NCBI GenBank assembly: GCA_049322915.1
Contig: JBMOPW010000036.1
Coordinates: forward strand, 32,001-96,000
Length of the DNA stretch: 64,000 nt
Reading direction: 5' to 3'
Source: Candidatus Zhuqueibacterota bacterium
GTDB taxonomy: Bacteria > Zhuqueibacterota > Zhuqueibacteria > Thermofontimicrobiales > Thermofontimicrobiaceae
Shown: in pieces, positions 19,267 through 30,161 of the stretch
How positions within the stretch are numbered: the first letter of the stretch is position 1
Layout of the letters: each line of letters starts with the position of its first letter
The notes under the pieces: generated by a model
Seen by the model: only the letters and a program-made list of their open reading frames with translations
What the model was told of the DNA's origin: nothing
Databases searched by the model: none
Program-made: the position numbers and the translations under genes

Positions 19267-19983
19267 ATGCAGCCAGATCCATCCAATGTGTTGAAGGTCG
19301 CGAATATCACCTATCCGCTGATTGGATGTTATGACGCCCCGGATACAGCGCCGTTCGAGCCGCTGGTGAGCCCCAGTCCCGGCAAACGCGCGTGTACTTT
19401 CTCGTTTTTCAAATCGTGGCTCAACGGAAAAACGTTGTTCATCACAAAGGACAATTACGGCTGCGGCGGCGCTGGCCACTGGATTTTTGATCTGGAAACC
19501 AGGAATCGTCCGGATTTCATCAAATTTCTGGTCGACGAAGAAGGGTTGAAATCGTCGCACGAACTCATGGATCGATGGCTGAATGTCAATATTCCCTATC
19601 AGGCGGAATATGGGAACATTCTCATTGGGCCGTTGCAGGCCGAACAATATCCCTACCTGAAAACAGTCACATTCTACGTGAATCCGGACCAGTTGAGTCT
19701 GCTCATGGTGGGCGCCCAGTACAACAATTCTCCAGACGATCCGGCGCCGGTCATCGCCGCTTTCGGAGCCGGCTGCATGCAGCTTCTGCCTTTGTTCGAA
19801 GACTTGAATGCGCCGCAGGCCATGGTTGGCGCGACTGATATTGCCATGCGCCAATTTCTTCCGCCGGATATTCTTGCGTTCACAGTGACCCGGCCCATGT
19901 TCGAGCAGCTCTGCAACCTGGACCAACGGAGCTTCCTGTACAAGCCATTCTGGCAACGATTGCAGAAGGCGAGGGAACATTAA
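19267..19983 (+). CDS. DUF169 domain protein
   Basis: Cys pattern (RAC, YGCGGA, GAGC), VNPDQLS, D..MRQ. Confidence 0.7.
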   Translation: MQPDPSNVLKVANITYPLIGCYDAPDTAPFEPLVSPSPGKRACTFSFFKSWLNGKTLFITKDNYGCGGAGHWIFDLETRNRPDFIKFLVDEEGLKSSHELMDRWLNVNIPYQAEYGNILIGPLQAEQYPYLKTVTFYVNPDQLSLLMVGAQYNNSPDDPAPVIAAFGAGCMQLLPLFEDLNAPQAMVGATDIAMRQFLPPDILAFTVTRPMFEQLCNLDQRSFLYKPFWQRLQKAREH

Positions 19984-20149
19984 TAGTGCATAATTTTTCT
20001 CAACATTTTATGGGAAATACCGTATGTTATGGTGATTCGAAAACCTCGCCAACTGAAATACGGGTCATTGAGTGATAACTGCTAAGACCATGCCTGACAT
20101 GATGATTGGTACATTAACCCATCGCTATTAAACGCGTTTCAGGTGTCAC

Positions 20150-23100
20150 ATGAGAATGAAAATTCAATTCTTTAAAAAGAGCGCCTGTCGGATGAAGCTC
20201 GGTTTTTGGGCGATCATTTGTTCATTGTCCCTTCCCACATGGATAGGCGAATCGGTTGCCAATGTCAATCCTGTTGAATTTGTGCGTATCTCGCTGGACC
20301 AGGGATTGTCCCAGAGCATTGTCCCTGTAATTCATAAAGACCGCTATGGCTTCATGTGGTTCGGAACCCAGTCCGGGTTGAATAAATATGATGGATACAA
20401 ATTCATCGAATACAAAAACGACCCTTTTAATCCCCAGACCATTTCCAATAACGGGATATTATCGATAGCGGAAGATCATGCCGGCGTACTCTGGATTGGT
20501 ACGGCTGGCGGAGGCCTGAACCGGTTCGATCGGGAGACAGAGACATTCACGCGATACGGTCACAATCCTTTGGATTCCACCAGCATTCGCGATAATACCG
20601 TAACCTACGTCATGGAAGACAAGCAGCATTTCATCTGGCTCGCGACTCAGGCCGGTGGGGTCGATAAACTGGATCCCACCACAGGCAGATTCACGCGCTA
20701 TAGTTCCCGCTCCGGGGATCTGCATTCGCTCAACCACGATGCCGTTCGATGCGGCCTGGAAGATTCCAATGGCAATATCTGGATTGGCACTGTAGCTGGT
20801 TTGAACAAATATGACCCGGAGCAGGATGGGTTCATTCGTTACCAGCCGGATAAAAATAACCCCAATTCCCTGAGTTACGATGAAGTCACCTGGATTCACG
20901 AATCGCCGCGGGAGCCGGGCATTCTATGGATCAGCACAGGCGAACTGACAACGTTGTCCGAGGGCGGCGGTTTGAATCGGTTCGATACCCGCACAGGACA
21001 GTTCACTCATTTTCCCCTGAAAACATCGAGTGCGCTTTTGGCCGGGGGAAATTTACTGGGTCAAATTCACGAAGACGCGCAGGGCAACCTGTGGATTTGT
21101 TCGAGTCAGGGTCTGGTTCGTTTCGATCGCAACAGCGGCGCGTTTTCATATTTCCTGCTTGATCCTGCATCGCCCTTGAATCCGACCAATTTTGTCCGTT
21201 CGATCACCGAAGATTGCCGGGGTGATTTGTGGCTGACGACAATCGTATTCGATGGTATTTATCAGTTCAATAAAAAATCAGCCTTGTTCTTTCATCATCG
21301 GCATGACCCGGCGAACCCGACCAGTTTGAGCAATAATCTGGTGATATCGGTTTTCAATGACCCGGCCGGCGTGCTCTGGATCGGCACCAATACCGGCGGT
21401 CTGAACAAACTCGACCTTTACGCCAAGAAATTCACGCGATTTGGCTATGATCCGACCAGCCAGAATAGCATCAGCAATAGCATCGTCCGGGCGTTCTGCG
21501 AGGATAGAAATGGCGATCTGTGGATAGGCATCGGCGGAGGAGGATTGAATAAATTCGAATCCCGAACAAAGCGGGTACGCTATTACCAGGCTGATGGCGC
21601 GAATGAAGGTAGTTTGAGTCATCACATCGTTTATGCGTTATTGGAAGATCGCACCGGCGCGCTCTGGGTCGGCTCGTTGGGCGGGCTGGATCGATACAAT
21701 CGGCAGTCCGACTCTTTCCTTCACTATCGGCACCAGCCCAGTGACCCGACGACGATCGGCAGCAATTTCATCCGGGCAATTTTTGAAGACAGAACCGGTT
21801 CGCTGTGGATTGGGACTGACATGGGGGGCGTGAGCTTTTATAATCGGGAGTTGGATAATTTCACGCGGATTTTAAATGACCCGGACGACCCCTACAGTTT
21901 GAGCGCAAATTCAGTCAGGGCTATTGCGCAGGATAGCACCGGCGTCCTGTGGTTCGGCACGTTCGGCGGGGGATTGGACAAGCTGGTTTTGAGCCCGGGC
22001 AGGATCCGGGGAAAAGCACAGTCCGAAATGTTTGAGTCGAGAAAACTGACGTTCACACACTACCAGCATGATCCGAACAATCTCAACAGCATCAGCAGCA
22101 ATTCCATTCAATCGCTCTATATTGATAAACAGGGCATCATCTGGATCGGAACTTTTGGCGGCGGGCTCAACCGCTTCGATCCCCGGACCGAAACATTTGT
22201 CCATTACACGGAGAACAATAGCGAATTGCCGAACAATGTCATTTACTCGGTGCTGGGCGATGACCACGGCAATATCTGGGTCAGCAGCAATCGCGGCCTC
22301 TCAAAATTCATCCCGGAGACCGGTGATTTCGTCAATTACGATATCGATGACGGACTGCAAAGCAAGGAATTCAATGGCCAGGCCGGCTATCGCAACCGAA
22401 ACGGCGAGATGTATTTCGGCGGCATCAACGGCTTCAATGTATTTCATCCGGATAGCATCCGCGATAATCCGTATGAGCCGAATATTGCCATCACCGACTT
22501 CAAATTGTTCGGGGAATCCGTGCCCATCGGAGACGATTCGCCGCTGACGAAGCATATTTCGCTGACCGAAGAAGTGAAGCTGGCGCACTGGCAGAACAAC
22601 ATCTCGTTTGAATTTGTGTCGCTGCATTACAATCAACCTGAGAAAAATCGTTACTCCTATATTCTGGTGAACTACGATGCAGCCTGGCGGGAGGCTGGCC
22701 AACAACGGACGGCCACGTATACCAATCTCGGGCCGGGCGAATATTTCTTCCGGGTGCGCGGTTCCAATAATGACGGTGTATGGAATAAGCGAGGCGCAAC
22801 TGTGAAAATCGTCATCTCGCCGCCGTACTGGAAGACGCCCTTCGCCTATCTGTGTTATGCGCTGATGCTGACTGGTTTGTTGTTCGGTTCGTATCGCGTT
22901 CAGCGCACCGTGGTCGTGAAGCGGGAGCGAGCGCGGTCTCAACTGCGGGAAGCGGAGCTTCGGGCCCAGGCTGCGGAAGCCCAGGCGCGCGCCATCCAGG
23001 CGGAGAACGAGCGAAAGACGCACGAACTGGAAAAGGCGCGGAAGCTGCAATTGTCCATGCTGCCCAAAACGCTCCCCTCGATGCCCAATCTGGATATTGC

Positions 23101-23749
23101 CGTGCACATGCAGACTGCCACTGAAGTGGGCGGCGATTATTACGATTTTCATGTGGATGACAATGGCACGCTCACAGTGGTCATCGGTGACGCCACCGGT
23201 CATGGCCTCAATGCCGGCACGCTCGTCTCGGTGATTAAAAGCCTGTTCATCGCCAATGTGTCAAAGTCGGATATCCGAACATTTTTCGAGGATTGCACGC
23301 GGACGATCAAGCAATTGAATCTGGGCAATCTGTACATGGCGCTTTCACTCGTCCGAATTGCCAATGACACGCTCATGGCTTCCGCCGCCGGGATGCCGCC
23401 GATTTATATTTATCGAAAGAAAACTCAATCGGTTGAGGAACTTGTCATCAAGGGAATGCCGCTCGGCGCATTCGATGATTTTCTCTATGCAGATGAGACA
23501 GTCAGGCTGGAGAATGGCGACGCGGTGCTGCTGCTCAGCGATGGTCTGCCGGAGCTGTTTAACGAGAATAAGGAAGTATTTGACTATTTGCGCATTCAGC
23601 AGATTTTTGCAGAAGTCGGCGCCGGCAGCCCGCAGCGGATTATCGATCATCTGATCGAAGCCGGGGAGCAGTGGCGAAATGGCCGCGCGCAGAACGATGA
23701 TATCACGTTCGTCGTTTTGAAAGTGAAAAGCATTGACGGCGTAAATTAG
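20150..23749 (+). CDS. Membrane sensor: Reg_prop beta-propellers, Y_Y_Y domain, TM and SpoIIE/PP2C phosphatase
   Basis: Many LWIGT.GGGL repeats; YTNLGPGEYFFRV; VGGDYYDF, IGDATGHG, SDGL, DDIT. Confidence 0.92.
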   Translation: MRMKIQFFKKSACRMKLGFWAIICSLSLPTWIGESVANVNPVEFVRISLDQGLSQSIVPVIHKDRYGFMWFGTQSGLNKYDGYKFIEYKNDPFNPQTISNNGILSIAEDHAGVLWIGTAGGGLNRFDRETETFTRYGHNPLDSTSIRDNTVTYVMEDKQHFIWLATQAGGVDKLDPTTGRFTRYSSRSGDLHSLNHDAVRCGLEDSNGNIWIGTVAGLNKYDPEQDGFIRYQPDKNNPNSLSYDEVTWIHESPREPGILWISTGELTTLSEGGGLNRFDTRTGQFTHFPLKTSSALLAGGNLLGQIHEDAQGNLWICSSQGLVRFDRNSGAFSYFLLDPASPLNPTNFVRSITEDCRGDLWLTTIVFDGIYQFNKKSALFFHHRHDPANPTSLSNNLVISVFNDPAGVLWIGTNTGGLNKLDLYAKKFTRFGYDPTSQNSISNSIVRAFCEDRNGDLWIGIGGGGLNKFESRTKRVRYYQADGANEGSLSHHIVYALLEDRTGALWVGSLGGLDRYNRQSDSFLHYRHQPSDPTTIGSNFIRAIFEDRTGSLWIGTDMGGVSFYNRELDNFTRILNDPDDPYSLSANSVRAIAQDSTGVLWFGTFGGGLDKLVLSPGRIRGKAQSEMFESRKLTFTHYQHDPNNLNSISSNSIQSLYIDKQGIIWIGTFGGGLNRFDPRTETFVHYTENNSELPNNVIYSVLGDDHGNIWVSSNRGLSKFIPETGDFVNYDIDDGLQSKEFNGQAGYRNRNGEMYFGGINGFNVFHPDSIRDNPYEPNIAITDFKLFGESVPIGDDSPLTKHISLTEEVKLAHWQNNISFEFVSLHYNQPEKNRYSYILVNYDAAWREAGQQRTATYTNLGPGEYFFRVRGSNNDGVWNKRGATVKIVISPPYWKTPFAYLCYALMLTGLLFGSYRVQRTVVVKRERARSQLREAELRAQAAEAQARAIQAENERKTHELEKARKLQLSMLPKTLPSMPNLDIAVHMQTATEVGGDYYDFHVDDNGTLTVVIGDATGHGLNAGTLVSVIKSLFIANVSKSDIRTFFEDCTRTIKQLNLGNLYMALSLVRIANDTLMASAAGMPPIYIYRKKTQSVEELVIKGMPLGAFDDFLYADETVRLENGDAVLLLSDGLPELFNENKEVFDYLRIQQIFAEVGAGSPQRIIDHLIEAGEQWRNGRAQNDDITFVVLKVKSIDGVN

Positions 23750-23792
23750 CCGGATGCGTCTCCCGATTATTGTGAGAAAAGGATCAGAGGTT

Positions 23793-24299
23793 ATGGATTT
23801 TAATGAAGTGATAAGGAATCGATACAGCGTTCGCGCTTATCTGCCGAAGCCGGTGGAAGAAGAAAAGCTGAATCAGGTGTTGGAAGCAGCGGTCATCGCC
23901 CCGACGGCTGCAAACCGGCAACCATTCAAAATTTATGTGATCGAGATCAGCGGCCGGGAATCGCAACTGAGACGGCTCTACGGCCGTGACTGGTTCGTGC
24001 AGGCCCCGTTGGTGATTGGCATTGTTGCACTGGAGGCGGAAGGCTGGTCCCGCATGGATGGCAAAAATTATGCTGAAGTGGACACGACGATTGCGTTCGA
24101 TCATCTCGTGCTGGCGGCGGCGAATCTGGGACTTGGCACATGCTGGATCGCGGCGTTCAACCCGGGTGTCGCCCGCGAATTGCTGAATCTGGAACCCGGC
24201 ATGGAACCGATCGCATTCACGCCGCTCGGCTACCCTGCCGATGCGCTGAAAGCCAAAACGCGAAAAAAACTGACTCAATTGGTGACTTATATGAAGTGA
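23793..24299 (+). CDS. Nitroreductase family protein
   Basis: RYSVRAY, APTAANRQP, GLGTCWI, LGYP. Confidence 0.92.
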   Translation: MDFNEVIRNRYSVRAYLPKPVEEEKLNQVLEAAVIAPTAANRQPFKIYVIEISGRESQLRRLYGRDWFVQAPLVIGIVALEAEGWSRMDGKNYAEVDTTIAFDHLVLAAANLGLGTCWIAAFNPGVARELLNLEPGMEPIAFTPLGYPADALKAKTRKKLTQLVTYMK

Positions 24300-24464
24300 C
24301 CGGTTCAAGATTGCCTGTCCCATGGGATGCGACGGCCGTGGCCCCGATGTGCATACCCTTCCTGAATTTGACCTTTCAAGCCCGGGCTGAATTTTTCATT
24401 TGCATCATCCAATCAAAATGATTAAATTGGCTCGATTCAAAAATGGACTAACTGAGCCAGGGCC

Positions 24465-25646
24465 ATGTCGTTCAATATCGTGACAATTCTTCTGCTGCTT
24501 GCCGCGGTGCAAGGACTGCTGCTGACGGTGCTGATTTTTCAGAAATACCGACGTCTGTATGCGAACCGCTTTTTGGGCGTCATGATGTGTCTGTATTCCA
24601 TCATCCTCTTCCAGATGCTGCTCACTGATTTGCAGTTCGATAGAAAATACCCCCACGTGATGTTTTTCCTCCTGGGAATTTCTTTTCTGATGGGGCCGTT
24701 GCACTATCTCTACACCAAATCGATCATTATTTCAGCTAAAAAATTCGTGCGAACCGACTGGCTTCACTTCCTGCCGTTTTTGATTTTCGAACTGCTGCAA
24801 CTGCCCATTCTGTTCGAACCGGCAGCGGCGCTCACGGCCAAGCGGGAAGCTCTCTACCGCGATGGTCTGTCGCTGGAAACCATGCTGCTCAACTGGCTGA
24901 TCCTCGCTCAAATTCTCACGTACATGACGCTGACTCTGGTGATCATCCGACGCTATGACACGCGTATCAAAAATCTATTTTCGACGATTGAAAAGATCAA
25001 GCTCAACTGGATCCGAAACATCACGCTCATGGCCATGTCCGTGGTGGCCATCTTTTTACTGGAAAACACCTTTTTCATCATCGGAGTGAATGTGTCGCAT
25101 TTCTTCAATCTGACGTCCATTTTGTTCGCCGTATTTGTGTACGCCATGGGGTATATGGGCCTGTCCAAATCAGAGATATTTGCAGCGCCGGAGACCAGCA
25201 ACGTCATGGGCCAGGCTGCTGAACTGATCGATCCGGCATCCGATGGAGTGAGAGCGCTCCAGCCAAAATACGAAAAATCCGGCCTGTCCCCGGAAAAAGC
25301 CGGGCAATACACGGACCAGCTTCGCCGACTGATGGAATCAGAAAAGCCCTATCGCGATTGCGAATTGACCCTGGGGCAGTTGGCGCACCAACTGTCCATC
25401 TCTCCGCACAATCTCTCCGAAATAATCAATACTCAAATGGGCCTGAATTTTTTCGATTTCGTCAACTCCTATCGCATCGAAGATGTGAAGCAAAGTCTCG
25501 CTGACCCACAGAAAGACCATATCAAAATACTCGCCCTTGCCTTCGACGCCGGCTTCAATTCAAAAACCACGTTTAATACCATCTTCAAAAAACACACCAG
25601 GCTCACTCCCTCGGAGTATCGCGCGCGGCTGACCGGCCGTTCGTGA
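24465..25646 (+). CDS. Membrane-anchored AraC family regulator
   Basis: About 7 TM segments followed by NFFDFVNSYR and AFDAGFNSKTTFNTIFKK. Confidence 0.9.
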   Translation: MSFNIVTILLLLAAVQGLLLTVLIFQKYRRLYANRFLGVMMCLYSIILFQMLLTDLQFDRKYPHVMFFLLGISFLMGPLHYLYTKSIIISAKKFVRTDWLHFLPFLIFELLQLPILFEPAAALTAKREALYRDGLSLETMLLNWLILAQILTYMTLTLVIIRRYDTRIKNLFSTIEKIKLNWIRNITLMAMSVVAIFLLENTFFIIGVNVSHFFNLTSILFAVFVYAMGYMGLSKSEIFAAPETSNVMGQAAELIDPASDGVRALQPKYEKSGLSPEKAGQYTDQLRRLMESEKPYRDCELTLGQLAHQLSISPHNLSEIINTQMGLNFFDFVNSYRIEDVKQSLADPQKDHIKILALAFDAGFNSKTTFNTIFKKHTRLTPSEYRARLTGRS

Positions 25647-25886
25647 GGAACCTCCCATGCGTTTGATCCCAGCGGATTGAACACCAATAGCCGTACCGGC
25701 CAATGGGACAGGGCGCTTTTCTTCTCAAATTTCATTATATTTGTGCCAGTCGCTGATGTGCCGCGGCGTGACGTTCACTGAACTCCGGGAACGTCGCGCC
25801 ATCGTCTACGATCCACATCGCACCTGTGCTCAAAAATGAAGCGCTGAATCAGTTGAATATTCATGAAAACAATGAGGAGAATTGCA

Positions 25887-28187
25887 ATGAGAAAAACACG
25901 ATGGATTTGGTCTGTCCCTGTGATATTTCTGTTAATAGGAATGACTGCGCCGGGTCACGGTCAGGGGACAATGCCGGTTGGCTCGATCCAGGGGCGGCTG
26001 GTCGACGCCGAGACGAAAACCCCGCTCATTGGGGCGAATGTCATCATTTATGGTACAACTTTGGGAGCGGCAACCGATGTTGATGGCGCCTATTTCATTC
26101 CCAATGTGCCGGTGGGAAATTATTCGCTCGAATTCCGCTATATCGGTTACGGAACCCTGAAACGCGCGGATGTCATTGTCCGTTCCGAGCGAAGGACATT
26201 TGTCAACGCGGAGTTGCATCCGGCAGCCGTTGAAATGGAAGAAGTTGTGGTGAGCGCCGGGTATTTTTCCGATGTTACTGACCAGGCCGTAAGCGCCATC
26301 AATTTTTCCAGCGAAGAAATTCGGCGCGCGCCGGGTTCTGCCGGCGATGTCAGCCGCATTGTGATGACTCTGCCCGGTCTGGCCAAAGTGAACGACCAGA
26401 GCAACAATCTCATCGTCCGGGGCGGCAGTCCCATGGAAAATACATTTTACATTGATAATATCGAAATTCCGAACATCAACCATTTCCCCAACCAGGGCGC
26501 GTCCGGCGGACCCATCGGCATTCTGAACGTGGATTTCATTCAGGATGTCACCTTTGTCACCGGCGGTTTTCCGGCAATTTACGGGGATAAACTTTCCTCG
26601 ATCATGGACATCACGTTTCGGGAGGGCAATACGGACGAATTCGATGGGCAACTGGACTTGAATTTTGCCGGATTCGGAGGGACGTTCGAGGGTCCGGCGT
26701 TCGGGAAAAAAGGGTCGTGGCTTCTGTCGCTGCGCCGGAGTTATCTGGATTTTGTCGTCAAAGCCTTTGACGCCGGCTCGACCATTGCGCCTCGCTACGG
26801 CGATATTCAGGGCAAGGTGGTGTATCCGCTGAATAAAAACCACAAGCTGAGTCTCCTCGGTATCTTTGCCGACGATCATAATGCGCCGGACAGAGATGTT
26901 GCCATTGAAAATTACATGACCCACTTTGGCCGCCAGAACCTCTACCAGGGAACGATTGGCCTGAACTGGCGCGCGCTGTGGTCTGGCATTGGGTATTCGA
27001 ACACGTCGCTGGCTTTCATGTCGAACGTCTACCATGAGGATTTTTATGAAACAACGACCGGTATTTTTGACATAAAAAACCACTCGCGCGAGCAGTCGCT
27101 GAATTTCAGAAATGTCAATTGCCTGAAAATTGGGAAGGTCATGAACCTGGATTTCGGTCTGGAGATGAAACAGATCCGGGAGCATTACGATAATTGGTAC
27201 GCCGGCGCGACCAATGCTGTGGGCGAGTTTGCGCCGGCGTTGAATTTTCAACGCACGATTACTGCTTCCCGGGTCGGCGCTTTCCTGAGCGTTACGGCGA
27301 ACCCTGGCCTTCGATTTTCACTGACCGCTGGCGGTCGCTGGGACTACTTTTCCTACAATCGCCAATCCCGGTGGTCGCCGCGCCTGGCTTTGGCCTATCG
27401 CATCACTGCGGCCACATCCCTGCATGGTTCGCTGGGATTGTATTATCAGAACCTGCCGCTGTTGCTGCTGGCGCAACAGCCGGAATTCAAATCGCTACGT
27501 ACGCCCCGGGCCAGGCATGCCATTGCCGGCGTGAGTCATTTGCTCACGGAAAATACAAAACTGATTCTCGAAGTGTACCACAAGGCGTACAGCCATTTCC
27601 CAATCGACACTGACGCGCCTTCGCTGTTCATTGTTGATGAGTCATTTTTCAATTCCTACACCCGTCTGGTTGACACTGGCGAAGCGGCTTCGTATGGATT
27701 GGAGGTCACGGCGCAGAAAAAATTGGCAGCGGATTTTTATGGGCTGATGTGCGCGTCCTATTTTCGGTCACGCTACAAAGGCAGCGATAGTGTCTGGCGA
27801 AATCGAAATTACGACAATCGCTGGACATTCAGCGTGGAGGGCGGTTATAAACCAGATGTGAAATGGGAGTTCAGTCTGCGCTGGATCTACGCCGGCGGCG
27901 TCCCGTATACCCCGCTCGACATTGAAAAATCGAAGTACTATCACCGGGCCACATTGGACGCCGTGCGCGTGAATGAACTCCGTTATCCGGACTATCATGC
28001 CATGAATGTGCGCTGCGATCGGCGGTTTCATTTTAACCATTCCAACCTCATCGTCTATGTCAGCGTCTGGAATGTGTACGACCGGCGCAATATTTCGAAC
28101 TATGTCTGGAGTGAGGAGGAGCAACGGGCAGTCGCAGTGTACCAATGGCGAGTGTTGCCGCTGTTCGGCCTGGAATATGAGTTTTGA
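25887..28187 (+). CDS. TonB-dependent receptor
   Basis: Carboxypeptidase-regulatory-like N domain, plug LIVRGG...NHF...GGFPAIYGDKLSS, C-terminal EYEF. Confidence 0.92.
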   Translation: MRKTRWIWSVPVIFLLIGMTAPGHGQGTMPVGSIQGRLVDAETKTPLIGANVIIYGTTLGAATDVDGAYFIPNVPVGNYSLEFRYIGYGTLKRADVIVRSERRTFVNAELHPAAVEMEEVVVSAGYFSDVTDQAVSAINFSSEEIRRAPGSAGDVSRIVMTLPGLAKVNDQSNNLIVRGGSPMENTFYIDNIEIPNINHFPNQGASGGPIGILNVDFIQDVTFVTGGFPAIYGDKLSSIMDITFREGNTDEFDGQLDLNFAGFGGTFEGPAFGKKGSWLLSLRRSYLDFVVKAFDAGSTIAPRYGDIQGKVVYPLNKNHKLSLLGIFADDHNAPDRDVAIENYMTHFGRQNLYQGTIGLNWRALWSGIGYSNTSLAFMSNVYHEDFYETTTGIFDIKNHSREQSLNFRNVNCLKIGKVMNLDFGLEMKQIREHYDNWYAGATNAVGEFAPALNFQRTITASRVGAFLSVTANPGLRFSLTAGGRWDYFSYNRQSRWSPRLALAYRITAATSLHGSLGLYYQNLPLLLLAQQPEFKSLRTPRARHAIAGVSHLLTENTKLILEVYHKAYSHFPIDTDAPSLFIVDESFFNSYTRLVDTGEAASYGLEVTAQKKLAADFYGLMCASYFRSRYKGSDSVWRNRNYDNRWTFSVEGGYKPDVKWEFSLRWIYAGGVPYTPLDIEKSKYYHRATLDAVRVNELRYPDYHAMNVRCDRRFHFNHSNLIVYVSVWNVYDRRNISNYVWSEEEQRAVAVYQWRVLPLFGLEYEF

Positions 28188-28285
28188 GACGACCTGAGGC
28201 AGCCGGTCCTGACCGCCGGCTGCCTTTTTACATTTGAGCGCCGTTTTCAATTGCATGGTGTTCGCAAAAATAACTGAAAAATTTC

Positions 28286-28314
28286 TTGCAAAAGGAGAAT
28301 GAATTAATTATATT
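28286..28314 (+). promoter_or_regulatory. sigma70-type promoter
   Basis: TTGCAA-N17-TATATT; near-duplicate at 31140..31168. Confidence 0.65.
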
Positions 28315-28350
28315 TAACCTTTAAAATTTTCTAACCGGGGAGGATCCCAC

Positions 28351-28485
28351 ATGGAAAATCAGGCGAAATTCAAATGCCTGCGCTGCGGCCATGAATTCAA
28401 TGATAGCTACGATCCAAAAATCATGAAAGAACGCACCTGCCCCAAGTGTAAGAGCAACAGCGTCCGTCGCATAAAAGAATCGTAG
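28351..28485 (+). CDS. 44-aa zinc-ribbon protein (FmdB/HypA-like)
   Basis: MENQAKFKCLRCGHEF...RTCPKCKSNSVRRIKES; GGGAGGA RBS; below the ORF-track cutoff. Confidence 0.8.
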   Translation: MENQAKFKCLRCGHEFNDSYDPKIMKERTCPKCKSNSVRRIKES

Positions 28486-28652
28486 ATTTCAGTTTCCTCA
28501 AGTTCATTCGAAGATTGCGATCCCTACCGCAGAAAAATTCTATCTGCGCACTGAGGGAGTTTTTTGTTTATAAAGACAGTGACACCGTCCGGAAGTGAAA
28601 TCAATTTTTTGTTGCCCGAATATCAGCCAAATCAAATACCAGAGAGCCGGAG

Positions 28653-28865
28653 ATGAAAAAAGAAAAAAGTTTGCCGACGATTACTATCAAGAAGGAGTGG
28701 TGCAAAGGATGCGAAATCTGCGTCGAATTCTGTCCCACGGATGTACTGGCCATGAACGGGTCGGTAGTTGAAGTGGTGAATCTGGAAGCCTGCACCGCCT
28801 GTGGTCTGTGTGAAATTCGTTGCCCTGATTTTGCGATTACAGTGACGAAGAATGATCCCAAATAA
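28653..28865 (+). CDS. korD: 2-oxoacid:ferredoxin oxidoreductase delta subunit (2x[4Fe-4S])
   Basis: WCKGCEICVEFCP and CTACGLCEIRCPDFAI. Confidence 0.9.
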   Translation: MKKEKSLPTITIKKEWCKGCEICVEFCPTDVLAMNGSVVEVVNLEACTACGLCEIRCPDFAITVTKNDPK

Positions 28866-28899
28866 CTGATTAATAAAACGAAGAGGAATAAGAATAGAG

Positions 28900-30048
28900 A
28901 TGGAAGATCATAACAGAGTACAGGTAATGACCGGAAACGAGGCCTGTGCCGAGGGCGCCATTGCCGGTGGACTCACCTTTTATGCGGGTTATCCCATTAC
29001 CCCCTCCTCGGAAATTGCCGAAATCCTTTCTCAGGAGCTTCCGAAAATCGGGGGCAAGTTCATTCAGATGGAAGATGAAATAGCGTCCATGGGAGCCGTG
29101 ATCGGCGCATCGCTGGCTGGAGCAAAAGCGATGACAGCGACCAGTGGTCCGGGTTTTTCACTGAAGCAGGAAAATCTCGGCTATGCGGCCATGGCGGAAA
29201 TTCCCTGCGTGGTGATCAATGTGATGCGCGGCGGGCCCAGCACCGGTCTGCCGACCCTGCCGGCCCAGGGCGATGTCATGCAAGCGCGCTGGGGCACGCA
29301 CGGCGATCATCCCATCATCGTACTCATGCCCAATACGGTTCGCGAGGTATTTGATCTCACCGTGCGGGCGTTCAATTTGACCGAAAAATACCGCATTCCG
29401 GTCATTGTGCTGCTGGACGAAATTCTCGGACACGTGAATGAAAAGGTCATTCTGCCCACTGCCGATGAAATAGAAGTCTGGAACCGCGTGAAACCCACTG
29501 TCCCGCCGGAACAATATTTACCATATCAGGAAACAGAGAGCGATATTCCCCCGTTTGTCAGTTATGGCGAGGGCTACCGTTTTCATGTCACAGGGCTGGT
29601 TCATGACCAGACCGGGTTCCCGACCAATAATTCGGTGCAAATTGCCAGACTGCTCAATCGGCTCAATCGGAAAGTGGAGCGCTATCGCGATGAGATTATG
29701 GATCTGGTCGAGGACAAAGATGACGGCGCCACCATTGGCGTTTTTTCATACGGATCTACCTCCCGCTCCGCGCGCCGCGCTATCATTATGGCGAGAGAAC
29801 AAGGCGTGAAAATTCATTCCATCCGACCCAAAGTAATCTGGCCGTTCCCGGATAAGGAAGTGGCAGCCATGGCCGCCGGTGTGAAGACGATTGTCGTCCC
29901 GGAGATGAATTTTGGCCAGATGGCCCACGAAGTCGAATGGGCGTCCCGCGGAAAATGCGATGTCGTCAAAGTGAATCGAATCGATGGCGAGCCCATCAAT
30001 CCGAAAGAGATTTACGATGTGATCATGGAATTGGCCGGAAAAAAGTAA
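28900..30048 (+). CDS. korA: 2-oxoglutarate:ferredoxin oxidoreductase alpha subunit
   Basis: GYPITPS, QMEDEIAS, TATSGPGFSL, MRGGPSTGLPT. Confidence 0.93.
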   Translation: MEDHNRVQVMTGNEACAEGAIAGGLTFYAGYPITPSSEIAEILSQELPKIGGKFIQMEDEIASMGAVIGASLAGAKAMTATSGPGFSLKQENLGYAAMAEIPCVVINVMRGGPSTGLPTLPAQGDVMQARWGTHGDHPIIVLMPNTVREVFDLTVRAFNLTEKYRIPVIVLLDEILGHVNEKVILPTADEIEVWNRVKPTVPPEQYLPYQETESDIPPFVSYGEGYRFHVTGLVHDQTGFPTNNSVQIARLLNRLNRKVERYRDEIMDLVEDKDDGATIGVFSYGSTSRSARRAIIMAREQGVKIHSIRPKVIWPFPDKEVAAMAAGVKTIVVPEMNFGQMAHEVEWASRGKCDVVKVNRIDGEPINPKEIYDVIMELAGKK

Positions 30049-30161
30049 CTGCCGCGCGCGCATCAGCAGAGCGATCCGATCCGGTAAAAACCCTGTGTGC
30101 GTCGGCCAGGTTCAAGGCACGATTGAAAATTAGAATGCTATTTTAGTCAGAGGAACCATAC

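Noticed and set aside
25932..27251. 439-aa minus-strand ORF
   Set aside because: Antisense to the TonB receptor
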